Shown here piece after piece: positions 51,311-63,970 of a stretch of 64,000 nt of DNA. Under the pieces are notes generated by a model. That model made no database searches. It saw only the letters and a list, made by a program, of their open reading frames with translations, and had not been told where the DNA came from. Source of the stretch: Lama glama. Lineage: Eukaryota. Each line of letters opens with the position of its first letter. The first letter of the stretch is position 1. Made by a program: the position numbers and the translations under genes. Location of the stretch: positions 85,500,001-85,564,000 of the forward strand of contig CM052817.1 of assembly GCA_028534125.1 (NCBI GenBank), written 5' to 3'.

Positions 51311-51756
51311 AAAAATTTATGATATTCATAGACTCTGTGAAGCAAGAATTCAGATAAGCACAGTGGAAATGCCTTGTCTCTTTTCGTCCCCGTATGATTT
51401 ATGAGGCCACGGCCTGGAACACTCAAATGTCAGAGAGTAGATCATCTGGGGGCTTCTTCAGCCATATGTTGGTTGTGTGTGTGGCCTTAGATGCCTCATA
51501 GTCAGGGCTCATTTGGAACTGCCATCCAGAGAGCCTTGGCTTCTCCATTTCACTTGAGCTTCTCTGTGTAGTGACTGGTTTCTGAGAGGGCAGTCCTGAA
51601 TGGAAGTGTCAGCAAAGCCAACTTTCCAAGAGACCAAGGGAGAAGCTGCAGGGCCTTTTATGGTCTAGTATCCAAAGTCCCCTAGCATCACTTCTGCTGT
51701 CTTCTATTGGTCAAAGCAGACACAAGTCAATCCAGATTCAAGTTAAGGGGATCTTA

Positions 51757-52881
51757 AGTCAGAAAGTGTAGAAGGTCTGAGATGTTATGCACCTGTTATG
51801 TAAATGAGCCAAAGATGATCCCTGCATGTTGGCCCTAGGCTTACTTCACAGCAGGCTGGGACCCAATTTGCTCAAAAGCCTGAAGGTGTCAAACTCAAAT
51901 TTTTATAATCCAGTTGTTTTAAATATAGTCCAAGTAAGCAGGTATTTTAACCATTTTGAAATTGACTACTTTGAATACGCCACAAAACTGTGCTTAGAGT
52001 CTGCTAACCATAGATAAGATAAACCCAGGGGTTATGAATGACCCCAGGCTACTGCTGCCCTTCAGAATTCTCTGACCCAGAGACTCCCCATTATGTTGTT
52101 AATTGACAGCATGTAGTCAGGTGAACCCCTTCTCTGATTGCCTACCCTGCTGGAAGTTCCATTGCCTCCTCAATTTTCTGGGTGTGGTACTATAGCCTCT
52201 AGAAGGTCTCATGCCAGACCCATTCCCTCCCCTCTACCTCCCCACTCCCCAGCACCGCCCCCCTACACACAACACACCCATGCAAACCTGTAATACCACC
52301 ACCCAAATAAAGCTTATTGTATGCTACTGCCACCTCATGGTCATATGTTTTCCTTGATCAGCACCCAAACCCCTCAAACTCACTACGTTTGTATGCAAAC
52401 AAACAAGCCTTCCACAGTGTGGGTGTGTTGGCAGGAGACACAAGCATTTCTGGATCAGAGAAACAGACAGCTGATTACTCATAGCAAAATGTAGCAGCCA
52501 GAGCCCCAGTCCCCACAGAGCAATATGATGAAAGACAAACATTATCTGTGCATGAAGTGGATTTGTGTCCCAAGGGAGAAAACCCCAAAACTGAGATTCA
52601 GGGATTACATAGGTTGCTGGTACACCTACCCATCTTCTTTCCAGAAATCTCTTTTGTGGCGGAAGATAGGGAATGGGGTTCATTAGCCTGGGATATAAGC
52701 AAATGTCTCCTGGAAGGAGAAAAAAAGGGGATTAAGACTCTTATCCCCGCAAAAGGTTCCTGTTTTTAGAGACTCTACAGCTTTCTAGTTTGCTATGCAA
52801 ACATCCTTTCAGTGTACATTGCTTATATGGCCTAGACCATACAGAAATATGAGACTATTTAGAGGAGATTGCCTCCCAAAA
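51757..52881 (-). mobile_element. ERVL-class LTR (MER77-like), interrupted by a MER67-like LTR
   Basis: Reverse complement starts T(T)TTGGGAGGCAATCTCC. The plus-strand GAAGGTCTGAGATGTTA (51771-51787) continues after the insert as ..AAGCCTTCCACAGT..TTGGCAGGAGACACAAG..TGGATCAGAGA. Confidence 0.7.
51794..52387 (+). mobile_element. ERV1-class solo LTR (MER67-like)
   Basis: TG..AAATGAGCCAAAGATG..TTGGCCCT..GCAGGCTG..GCTCAAAAGCC..CAAACTCAAATTTTTA.., AATAAA at about 52306, ending CTTGATCAGC..CAAAC..CTAC. Confidence 0.8.
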
Positions 52882-53526
52882 GGGTAGAGGCCCACCTCTT
52901 GAGAAGGGAACCCAGCAGGGATGGCTTGTCTCTGTTCCATGTGTCTAAGGCCTTGGCTAGGAAGACACAAAGGGCTTGGGATGAAGAGGGAGCTTCCCAA
53001 TAGGGAACTCGCCGCAAGCGAAGATTTCAAGAGAACCAGACGGAAGCCCAAGACTTTTCATGACCAACCTTGGAAATCACGTGGAATCACTTCTGCAGGT
53101 GGTTGACACAATCACATGGCTGACTGATACACTATAGGAGGGGGACATGAAGCTTACTTGCCAAGGGAGGGATGACAGAAGATCAGGGCTACCTTTTAAA
53201 CTGCCACAGTCTTGAAAGATGTTGGGAACATGTCTCAGAGGAAGCATGTGAGCAAGGATCCAAAGGTGTATAGGCAAAACTAGGCAAAAATCACAAAGTG
53301 TATCATTTTTTTGTAGTCACATCTGACTAAAGAATAGGTATTAGAATTGAAACATTGTGTAATAAAATAATAAAAGTAGATTGGGCAAGTGATCTGTATT
53401 CCTGAATGCCAGAAAAAGTAGTAGTGTTTCTTTTTCAGGAAATAAAATTTGATATATCAAAACTGATTTAGTCATTACCGGAAAAATGAGAACTTTGTTA
53501 GACTATACTTATTTTATGGTTTACCT

Positions 53527-54112
53527 TGTTGAGGAGAAAGAAATTTTCTCCTACCCTTCCAAATTCTTCTGGTTGGTCTAAGAATTAAATTGACATGAGA
53601 AAGATTAACAGGATAAAAAAGAAATTTTCTCCTACCCTTCCAACTTCTTCTGGTTGGTCTAAGAATTAAATTGACATGAGAAAGATTAACAGAATAAAAT
53701 CAAAGTTCAGTAACATGTACACAGGGGAGAAACCCTGGAAACCTGAGTAACTTGCCAAAATGGCCAGAGCCTTTATTTTAAATACTATCTTCAGCTAAAA
53801 ACAAAAGAGGATGTTGGGGGTAGTGGTGTGGGAATTCAGAGGGGAGGAAGACAATTCACATGAAGATGGGACACAGGGTAGATCTCTAGGCCCTGCAGTT
53901 TCCACATCATACCTGGTCTATATTCTTGGCAGATGTGTCTGATGATAGCTCTGTTCTGGGGACAGAAACTTTATCTAAATTATTTTAGGTAGTTAAGGGG
54001 GTGATAACAAGAAGCACTTCCTGAGTCTTCTGTTTCTTAAAGAATAAACAGCCTAGATTAATCTTCATACCAATGAGACACATTCTGTGGTGACAAATTT
54101 TGCTCCCCTATA
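53527..54112 (-). mobile_element. ERV1-class solo LTR with 4-bp TSD
   Basis: Minus strand starts T(A)TAGGGGAGCAAAATTTGTCACCACAGAATGTGTCTC and ends ..CTCCTCAACA. TSD ACCT at 53523-53526 and 54113-54116. Confidence 0.85.
53537..53698. repeat. 81-bp tandem duplication (2 copies) inside the LTR
   Basis: AAAGAAATTTTCTCCTACCCTTCCAA(A/C)TTCTTCTGGTTGGTCTAAGAATTAAATTGACATGAGAAAGATTAACAG(G/A)ATAAA twice, with 2 mismatches. Confidence 0.95.
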
Positions 54113-54705
54113 ACCTATTTACTCATTGATTCTTATTATGTATTGAGATTTAACATAATCTTTATGCTCTCTTGGTCTTACCATGCCTGGGATTTTAATA
54201 ATTTGAAAATAATTAAAATGTATCTTATGGCTAAAAAGAAAAAATTTAAAGAAAATAATACACAATATAGCTTATCAATCTTTTCAGAAAAATTGTAAGT
54301 AGTCAATTCAAAGGAATAAAATTATAATTGACCATGTATGTGTAATTTAATTGCCTGATAATTCAAAAGACTGAGAAAAGTTGTTCTTATTCCAGGGGAT
54401 TCATAGATAAATAATTTATAATAATCTTCCCCATCAAGAAATAAATGAACTAACATATTTTAATGCCAGAAATCATGTCAGACACTTCACTTAAAAGCAT
54501 TAATGTAACTCTAAAACCTATCCCACATATTATTTTCTTCATTTTAAACACTGAGGAAATAATCCTATGCACAGAAATCTTGAGGGACTATATATACAGT
54601 CCAATTGTCAGTAAATGGGAGAACCAGAATTCACACACAGACTTATTTCACTTAGCATAATACCCTCCAAGTCCATCCATGCTCTACATCAGAAACTAAT
54701 AAACA

Positions 54706-56124
54706 TTTTTATTTTATTTTATTTTATTTTTAACATTTTTATTGACTTATAATCATTTTACAATGTTGTGTTAAATTCCAGTGTAGAGCACGATTTTTCA
54801 GTTAAACATGAACATATATTCATTGTCACATTTTTTCTCTGTGAGCTACCATGAGATCTTGTGTATATTTCCCTGCACTATACAGTATAATCTTGTTTAT
54901 CTATCTACAATTTTGAAATCCCGTCTATCCCTTCCCACCCTCCGCCCCCTTGGCAACCACAAGTTTGTATTCTATGTCTGTGAGTCTTTCTGTTTTGTAT
55001 TTATGCTTTGTTTTTTCATTTTTGTTTTTGTTTTTTAAGATTCCACATATGAGCAATCTCATATGGTATTTTTCTTTCTTTCTGGCTTACTTCACTTAGA
55101 ATGACATTCCCCAGGAAAATCCATGTTGCTGCAAATGGCATTATGTTGTTGGTTTTTATGGCTGAGTAGTAATCCATTGCATAAATATACTACCTCTTCT
55201 TTATCCAGTCATCTGTTGATAGACATTTAGGCTTTCCCCATGTCTTGGCTATTGTAAATATTGCTGCTATGAACATTGGGGTGCAGGTGTCATCCTAAAG
55301 TAGGGTTCCTTCTGGATATAAGCCCAGGAGCGGGATTCCTGGGTTATACGATAAGTCTATTCCTAGCCTTTTGAGGAATCTCCATACTGTTTTCCACAGT
55401 GGCTGCACCAAACTGCATTCCCACCAGCAGTGTAGGAGGGTTCCCCTTTCTCCACAGCCTCTCCAACATTTGTCATTTGTGGATTTTTGAATAATGGCCA
55501 TTCTGACTGGTGTGAGGTGATACCTCATTGTAGTTTTGATTCGCATTTCTCTGATAGTTAGTGATATTGAGCATTTTTTCATGTGCTTATTGATCATTTG
55601 TATGTCTTCCTTGGAGAATTGTTTGTTCAGGTCTTTTGCCTATCTTCGGATTGGGTTGTTTGGTTGTTTCTTATTAAGTCGTATAAGCTGCTTATATATT
55701 TTGGAGATCAAGCCTTTGTTGGTTTCATTTGCAAAGATTTTCTCCCATTCTGTAGGTTGTCTTTTTGTTTTACTTCTGGTTTCCTTTGCTGTGCAGAAGC
55801 TTGTAAGTTTCATTAGGTCCCATTTGTTTATTCTTGCTTTTATTTCTTCTAGGAGAAAATTTTTGAAATGTATGTCAGATAATGTTTTGCCTATGTTTTC
55901 CTCTAGGAGGTTTATTGTATCTTGTCTTATGTTAAAGTCTTTGATCCATTTTGAGTTGATTTTTGTGTATGGTATAAGGGAGTGTTCTAGCTTCATTGTT
56001 TTACATGCTGCTGTCCAGTTTTCCCAGCTCCATTTGCTGAAGAGACTGTCTTTATTCCATTGTATATTCTTGCCTCCTTTGTCGAAGAATAGTGGACCAA
56101 AAGTTTGTGGGTTCATTTCTGGGC
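54706..56124 (-). mobile_element. Young camelid-type L1 3' portion (ORF2 C-terminus and 3' UTR); 5' part lost in the gap
   Basis: (ATTTT)n tail. ORF2 frame [18 protein letters not shown]...[18 protein letters not shown] is interrupted by in-frame stops at about 55640 and 55295. The 3' UTR closely matches 18665-19421 and 11300-11641. Confidence 0.95.
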
Positions 56125-56624
56125 NNNNNNNNNNNNNNNNNNNNNNNNNNNNNNNNNNNNNNNNNNNNNNNNNNNNNNNNNNNNNNNNNNNNNNNNNNNN
56201 NNNNNNNNNNNNNNNNNNNNNNNNNNNNNNNNNNNNNNNNNNNNNNNNNNNNNNNNNNNNNNNNNNNNNNNNNNNNNNNNNNNNNNNNNNNNNNNNNNNN
56301 NNNNNNNNNNNNNNNNNNNNNNNNNNNNNNNNNNNNNNNNNNNNNNNNNNNNNNNNNNNNNNNNNNNNNNNNNNNNNNNNNNNNNNNNNNNNNNNNNNNN
56401 NNNNNNNNNNNNNNNNNNNNNNNNNNNNNNNNNNNNNNNNNNNNNNNNNNNNNNNNNNNNNNNNNNNNNNNNNNNNNNNNNNNNNNNNNNNNNNNNNNNN
56501 NNNNNNNNNNNNNNNNNNNNNNNNNNNNNNNNNNNNNNNNNNNNNNNNNNNNNNNNNNNNNNNNNNNNNNNNNNNNNNNNNNNNNNNNNNNNNNNNNNNN
56601 NNNNNNNNNNNNNNNNNNNNNNNN
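56125..56624. other. Assembly gap (500 N)
   Basis: Run of N. Confidence 1.
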
Positions 56625-57319
56625 CAGATTTTAGACACAAAATGACACCATTTTCTTCTAAGAAAAAGACATTTTACAGTTTCTTCAGGATGCAAAAATA
56701 AAACCACTTAAGAAAGTAAAATCCATGAAGAAAGAACTGTGTGGAGGAAGAGGAGACACAATATATTAGTTTATGTTTTAAGCTGTTGGAGTTTTTCATT
56801 TCCCTCTATGCCTCATTTACTGTAAAATACAAGATCAACGATATAAGTAGTTTTCAGTCCTAATTTTTATCTCAGGCAGAGATTTCACTAACTTCTCTAA
56901 GTAAGGAGAGGAAACTTTCTCATTTTGTAATAAATATTTACACATTAACATAAAATAGCAGCTTCTGTCATAATTATGCTATATATGTACCTAGGTATAG
57001 CATCTAAAATTTTTCAAATTACTCATTTTTAGTAACTGTGAAGAATCCACTAATTACAATCTCAAGGCTATTTCAACAGGTAAAAAATGAAAAATCATCT
57101 TTGATTCGTTCTTATATATGAAAACATAATAAAATTTAAATATAATTAAAATTATATGGCCACATGGTTCACTTCCTACAAATACTTAATAAGCTATAAG
57201 TAGCATATTCAAAAAGACACTTCACTTGCTAAAGAATATTTAATTACACAAATATTTTGAGTATTACAAATTTAGTAATTATATGCATTTAATAGTTCTT
57301 AAATAAATGTGTATGTTTT

Positions 57320-57965
57320 ACCCCATTATTACCTATGTAGTCTAGGCCATTCTAATCTTTGGCCTGGAATATTGCAATAGTTTCTAGTAAAGAATGCTTT
57401 TGATCTATCTCACACACCACAGAATAGCTTTTTGTAAATTGGGGTGCCGTGACCTCAGTCTCTTGTTGCTTGCTTAAAAATATTTACTGGTTTCCTATTG
57501 GCTTCTGGATTAAGTATGTAAACTTTTGGCAGGGATTGCAAGTTCTTCATGGTCCAATACTTGATTGTTTCTCCAGGATTCTTTTCTCTTTCCTCTACTC
57601 TTCCCACTTGGCAGGCCAGTTTCATGAACACACCTACTCCTGTTGGTATGTTCAGTATACTCATGACACCTGCTACTTTGGAGTCATCATTTAGCTAAAT
57701 TCTCATTCTTGAAACCTCAGTTTAGACATTGATCCTCTATGAAGCTTCCATGAACCCCTTGTCTACTCTGGACTGGGATCCTTCCCCTGGACTACCACGA
57801 CACTTTAGTTGCTTATAGATTTGTCCATATTTTACTAAACTGTGAGTCTTTGGAAGATTGGGACTGCATGTGTCAGGTACCCCACATGCATATCAGGTGA
57901 CTGGCATTACATAATGAAACTGCTTGCCATGCTGTAGATGCTTAGTCAGTATTTATGGGATGAGA
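57320..57965 (+). mobile_element. L2 3' fragment
   Basis: GTCTAGGCCA..GCCTGGAATATTGCAATAG..TGCTTAAAAA..TGGTTTCCTATTG..ACTAAACTGTGAG..GTAGATGCTTAGTCAGTATTTATGGGATGA. Confidence 0.65.
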
Positions 57966-58963
57966 GACAATTACTGAACTTGCATGTGCAAACATACAAA
58001 AATTGCTTTATTTTTTCAATTAAATGAGATTACATTCTGGAATGCTTACTTTATCTGCATCTAAAAATTGCATTTTTCTCTTTAAAAGTGAAATCTTCAT
58101 TTTCTTGCACAAAAAAAAAGCCATTTAAGAAATTTCTCTGGTGTCCTGAATAATTCACATGCCTGAACAGGATGTGATACTCAGCTTTTGACCAAATGCA
58201 AAGATTACATATCTGTTAATCATATCTGTCCTTACCCTGAAAATACAAACTTCATGATACTTTACATGGTTTTTATTTTTGAATTCTCATCTTCATCTTT
58301 TTCAGTATACTTTTTTTTATATGCCAATGTACTTTGAATTGTTTTGCTGTGTTGAAAAAAACAATTCTACACAGAGCAAACTGGCTCTTCATTTATTGTC
58401 ATTTTAATTAATTCCTTCACATGAATTTATTTTAGGTATATTGGATTAATGATTCTTTGCTAGTGCATGTATTTATTAAGATACAGGAATAGTTTATAAA
58501 GTGTACAGGGTTTTCATAATGATAACTGAGAATTATAACAAAATTAACTCCAGGCAACTCTATAGAAATAAAAAATGGGAGAATGTTTATAAAAATGTAT
58601 GAACCAATAAATAGCATAAATTTTACTATTGGTAGAGTGGAACCCATGTTTTTGAATAGTGTCATTGCTGAAATAAAGAATATGAAGTTTAAGGACAATT
58701 TAATACTTTATTAGTAACATTCTGATGAAGCTTGTTATCCTTTTTGATTGTAAATATCATCAACCTGTATAGTTTTATTTTGTTATAACATTTCTACAAA
58801 TTCATGAAATGACTTCATCAAATGACTTCTGATTTAAACATTTATACAATTATGATAAAAGGCAATAAATTTCATTTCAAGATTATTCAGATGAAACATT
58901 ATTTGGCCTGAATAACTCAAATATATAAAAGAACCATGGTCACTTTGCTTAGTTCCTGAATTG

Positions 58964-59350
58964 ATTTGCAGCAACATGAATGAACCTGGAGATCATCATT
59001 CTAAAAGAAGTTAGCTAGAAAGAGAAAGAAAAATACTATATGATACCAAAAATAGAAACAGACTCACAAACACTAGAAAACAAGCTTATGATTACTGAGG
59101 GGAAAGAGGGTGGGATGGGATAAATTGGGAGTTCGAGATTTGCAAATATTAACTACAATATATAAAATATGTAAACAAATTTCTTCTGTATCACACAAGG
59201 AACTATATTCAATATCTTGTAGTAACCTATAATGAAAAAGAATATGAAAACGATTATATGTATGTATATGGATGCCTGAAACATGATGCTGTACGCCAGA
59301 AATTGACACAATGTAAACTGACTATATACTTCAATTAAAAAATAAATAAG
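58964..59350 (+). mobile_element. L1 3' UTR fragment with A-rich tail
   Basis: ATTTGCAGCAACATGAATGAACCTGGAGATCATCATTCT..GGGATAAATTGGGAGTTCGAGATTTGCA..GACTATATACTTCAATTAAAAAATAAAT. Confidence 0.9.
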
Positions 59351-61532
59351 TAAATGGAATGAATTACAGAGCATTTTTACTTGGAGGGTTAACTCAAAGG
59401 AGCTCAAACTGGTACCAGACTTATCTAGATAATTGCTGAAATTCCCTGTTTCATTGTACCTTTAAGAGAAACTCTAGCAGAGATTAAGATCGAGATGTTA
59501 GTGTATCTTCACATATGAATACATATTCTGAGTTTTGCAGATAGTCTTAACTGCAAATGAATTTTACCAAATGAAAAGTTTACCAAATGAAAAATAGTCC
59601 CAAATGAAAAATAAGTCTAATTTAAATATTGGTGTAAGTATTAGACAATAACAACAGTATATCTGTATGATGTCAGATAGTAAAGCAAAATCTCCAGAAG
59701 GAAACAAACGAAAGAGTAACATGTAGGTGGAAATACAAGTATAAAAATGAAGAGTGAAAGTACGTGGCTCTTCAAATGTACTAAAATAAGTCTAATAAGT
59801 AAAAATTTTAATTAAAAATAAAGTACACTTCTTTACATCTCAGTTTTCTATGCTACTTATATTTATTGTTGCCGTTGAATCCTTGCTTGGACCTTTCTCC
59901 ATATGGAAAAAGACTTTAGTGAATAGCCTTGTGTGCAAATCAAAACATCTTTCCAAAGACATATTCTAATTTAGGAGTCATTTGTCAGTGTCTCAATTTT
60001 TAGTTGTCTAATGACAACTTTAAAATTTAAAAGTTTCTTTATCTCACATTTATAATTGGGTTTTCCCTATTCAATAACTCCTATTAATATAACCCTTAAT
60101 AAATAGGAGAGATGCAAATGGATATTTCTATTTTATACATAAGGAAATTTAAGTTTTCTGAGTCCTAATTCAATTCTTTTCATTGTCTAATGCTAATATT
60201 GTCTCTTTTAGTCAAATGTTGAACAATTTCATTAATTTAATTGTGTATACGTTAGGAATTGTTTTTAATTGAACAGGTTTTATTTATACAAGTGATTTTT
60301 GTGTAAGTAATTAGAGTGATGAATCTTTTCTCACTCATTAAGTGTGTATGTAAATATAAGTACAAACAAGTACATATATACATATGTAAATGTATGTATA
60401 TATGTGTATGCATATATATTTGCATATATATACTTCTATACATTATATATACACATATATATGTAAATTATGGTACACCAAGTTAAACAAAAAATAAAGT
60501 AAATAATAGTATTTTCCTGTAAAAAAAAATTACCAATTGCTGTTCTTTGCCATTTTAGAAGCAGCATGTTAGAGGTCACGGAGTAATGTTTGCATATTTG
60601 TAAACATGAAACATTAAAAGTTAAAACTCATATTTGTTTTTCTAAAGGAATTGTATATATTTATTTCTTGAAGGAAATGTCCCTCTTTTTACACAGCATA
60701 GTTTATTGTAAACAGTAGTAATGATACATTTAATGATCAATTATATTTCATTATCCCCCTTTGTTTATATTCTCATGAAAACTGAATTATGCAATCATGA
60801 GAATTGTGTATGTATGGCATATGGTATTCAATAAAGAGAGAGCAAATACCTTTTAAATTACTCACCCATGACTTTTGCATCTCTGCTTTATGAATACATT
60901 TATAAATCAATGGTTCTGTTTCTTAAGATGATGAGTAGCAAATGTTTATTTAAACCCTGGGCTATTTACCAACACATAGATCAAAAGTTAGGCATTCACA
61001 ATTATGGAAGATGACTTTCAGAACTGCACAAACCAAAGAACCATTTCTTTACTGCTGATACTCAAATTTTAATGAAAAGTGTAAAACAATTTATTAATAT
61101 AATAGTAATCACTTTTATTTTATTTTGAATCTTTGAAAACACAAGTTTTTAAAACTCTTTTATAAATTTATATATAGTTGTTTAAGCCAAAATACAGTTA
61201 GTTGTACTTTACACTTGTATATTAACATTTTAAAAAGCTCTAAAACTTTTTATTGTCTTTGTAGTGGATAGTTTTATTTCTGATTAAATTAACTAGTGTC
61301 CTTCATCTTGTTTGCTCAGTTAACAAGCTTAACACACCTATTTTAACTGACAGTGCAAAGACAAAACTACAGTGTAGTTTGTGGCTGTCTGAAGTATCTT
61401 AAACTCTGTATATATAGATTTTAGTGTCTGGATATTATAGTACATAAGTTATAAAATGCAGTTTTTAAATATAAGAGTGAATCATCAAAACTCTAAAAAT
61501 TAAACAATTTCAATACCAATGCATTAGATTAC

Positions 61533-62000
61533 TTTTTTAAAAATTGAAGTGTTGTCAGTTTACAATGTTGTGTTTATTTCTGGTGTACAAACAGTGACTC
61601 AGTTATACATATATATATCCCTTTTCATATTCTTTTTCATTATAGGCTATTACAAGGTATTGCATATAGTTCTGTGTGCTATACAGTAGAACCCTGTTAT
61701 CTAGTTTATATATAGAAGTTACAAATCTGCAAATCCCAAGCTCCCAATATATCCTTTCCCACCACCTTTCCTCCCTAGTAACCAGAAGTTTGTTTTCTGT
61801 GTCTATGAGTCTGTTTCTGTTTTGTAAATAAGTTCATTTGTGTCCTTTTTTTTTTTTTTTTAGATTCCACATATAAGTGATAATCATGTGGTACATGTGG
61901 TATTTTTTCTTTCTTTCTGGCTTACTTAGTATGACTATCTCCAGGTCCATCCATGTTGCTGGAAATGGCATTATTTTACTCTTTTTTATGGCTGAGTAGT
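61533..62000 (-). mobile_element. L1 3' UTR fragment
   Basis: TTTTTTAAAAATTGAAGT..TTTACAATGTTGTG..AGATTCCACATATAAGTGA..GTCCATCCATGTTGCTG..TTTATGGCTGAGTAGT. Confidence 0.9.
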
Positions 62001-62157
62001 TTTATATATTAAAAAAAATCAATTCAACAAATACCCATTAAGTGTCTTTTATGTAGTGTTACTATTCTAGGACAACAGTAAATGAGACAAAGTTATTATG
62101 CTCCAAAGTTATTAGAGCTTACATTTTAGTAAAATTGTAAAATAATATAAGAAGCAA

Positions 62158-62655
62158 GTGTAGTGGATTAAATATTCTTACATTCTCTGTCGCTCCTCAC
62201 CATGGTTAGACAAAGCCTATTTCTTGCCCTTTGAATTTCAATAGGCCTTTTAATTTGTTTTGCCCAAGAGAAGTGTGATGTGTAACTTCTGATATTGGAT
62301 CGTAAAATATTGGTAGCATCCCCCTCTGCTGTTAGGTATAAACCATCTTTGAAACCAGCTGCCTTGCTTGGGGAAATCCTCATTTAAGAGTAGAGGTTGA
62401 GGTCAAGGAACACCGAGACACTCCTTTGGAAAGACCCAGTTGAGCTCCCCACTGACAGTCAACAGCAACTGCCAGTTTTGTAGGGGAGCTGTGTTAAATG
62501 TTACAGCTTGTTGAGCCTCCAGATGCCTGCAGCCCCAGCCAGCACCTTATAGAGCAAGACAACTCCCTTGTTGACTCTTGGAACCATCCTAAGAAATAAT
62601 GTGTGGTTGGTGCTGTATTAAATTATGGCATATTGGGGTGTAAAGGAAATCGAAA
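62158..62655 (+). mobile_element. MaLR LTR (MLT1H/J-like), old
   Basis: TGTAGTGGATTAAA..TTGTTTTGCCCAAGAGA..CAGTTGAGCTCCCCACTGACAG..CAACTGCCAG..GAGCCTCCAGATGCCTGCAGCCCCAGC. Confidence 0.7.
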
Positions 62656-63154
62656 CAGAAGGCATATTTAAAGTTTTAAATTATGTTTGGTAGAGGATAA
62701 AATATAATGCTAATTATAAAAATAGTACAGTGCCTTTTTTCCCAACAAAGTTTGGAAAGTAGTTAAAGTTTACCCAGACTTTCAGAATTATTCACAAAAA
62801 AACTAAAATCAGGCACTCAAGATAATTTTGCACTAAGAATACAATTAATTAGGAAATAATTTTTAATTTACATAAATGGATAGATCAGAGAATTGGCACT
62901 TCCTTGAAGTTGGGACAATCATCTAGGTGACAAATGTGCTAGTGAGAGAAGAATTAAAGTAACCGGCTATGATTCTCACAAAGGAAGTAAAGCATATCTA
63001 ATTGGCATATATACTTTAAGTGATACTTAATAAATTGATATTGTAGTCAATATATATGTTTGTTGTGAGTTTAGCTGGTAAAAATAAATCTGAAAAATTC
63101 AGGATACATTGATAAAAATGAACTTATATTCCTGTAGATCTCACCATAGACCAA

Positions 63155-63356
63155 CAGTTCCCAATCCTGCTTGTTTTATAATGAAGACCTCTTGGGAATA
63201 ATGAGCAATAACAACAGTTCTATCTAAACCTTACTCAGAACAATCAATTTAGAATTTCTGGGTATGGATCTTAAGCATAGTTTGTAGCTGTTGTTGTTGT
63301 TGTTGTTTTAAAGCACTCTAGTTAACCTTAATGTTTGTCATAGTTGTGAGCCACTG
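63155..63356. mobile_element. hAT MITE (MER5-like)
   Basis: CAGTTCCCAATCCTGCTTG..AATTTAGAATTTCTGGG..TTTTAAAGCACTCTAG..TAATG..GTTGTGAGCCACTG with CAG...CTG termini. Confidence 0.6.
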
Positions 63357-63479
63357 GCCTACTCGACTATGATTCTGTTAATGCATTATTACCTGTGAGA
63401 ACCACTAAAGTATTCAGCCAGTCTCTCTTAGAAATACCACTTTATAAAATAATACTTGTATAAACATTTTTTTTGCGAT

Positions 63480-63970
63480 GGTAATTCTGCATAACTAGCA
63501 ACCTGCATATGTGGGGCTTTTAGCACATGACTTTTTGTTTTCTTGCTCACTAGTCTGAGTCATATATGGCTTCAAGGTACCTGTAGGGTCAGTTTGGATT
63601 GTCTCCAGACTGCAGCCCATGGGTTCTATTCGGGACTTCTCTACACAGCTCTTATTCTGTGACCCGTGCTGAAGGATCAATGCCTTCTTATGGCGTTGGC
63701 TTCTTATGATGGATGGTGGAAGGAAAAGAGGGCTGGCAGAACTTACATGTCTTTTAAGACATGCTTAGAAACAGTGCTCTGTCATCTGGTCCACATTTGA
63801 TCAGATAAACAACTTTCATGTAGAAACCCAATGGTCTATGAGGCAAGGACGTATACACCATCCACATAGAAGGCATAGCAAGGACAGGGAATGGAGGAGG
63901 GGGCTTGGAATAAATACTGTCACTTCCCACAGAGCCTGTGTATGTACTACCAAGCTGGTGTAATTGCAGC
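63480..63970 (-). mobile_element. MaLR LTR (MLT1J/K-like), old
   Basis: TAACTAGCAACC..GGGGCTT..TTTCTTGCTCAC..CTGGTCCACATTTGATCAGA..CATGTAGAAACCCAA..GGCATAGCAAGG. Confidence 0.6.

Larger units (their letters stand above)
49640..52925 (-). mobile_element. MaLR LTR (MLT1F/G-like) split into 49640-49700, 51312-51756 and about 52882-52925
   Basis: TCTGTTGCTGTGTAACA..TTAAAAAACAAC | TTTATGATATTCATAGACTCTGTG..AGAATTCAG..GCATCACTTCTGC..CTATTGGTCAAAGCAG..CCAGATTCAAG | ..CCCACCTCTTGA. Confidence 0.75.

Noticed and set aside
53537..53698. Direct repeats as a CRISPR-like array
   Set aside because: Only two abutting units with no spacers, in mammalian LTR context.
55536..56707. Long ORFs (369 aa +, 355 aa -, and others)
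   Set aside because: They are inflated by the N gap. The real part is L1 ORF2 on the minus strand or its antisense frame, not a host gene.
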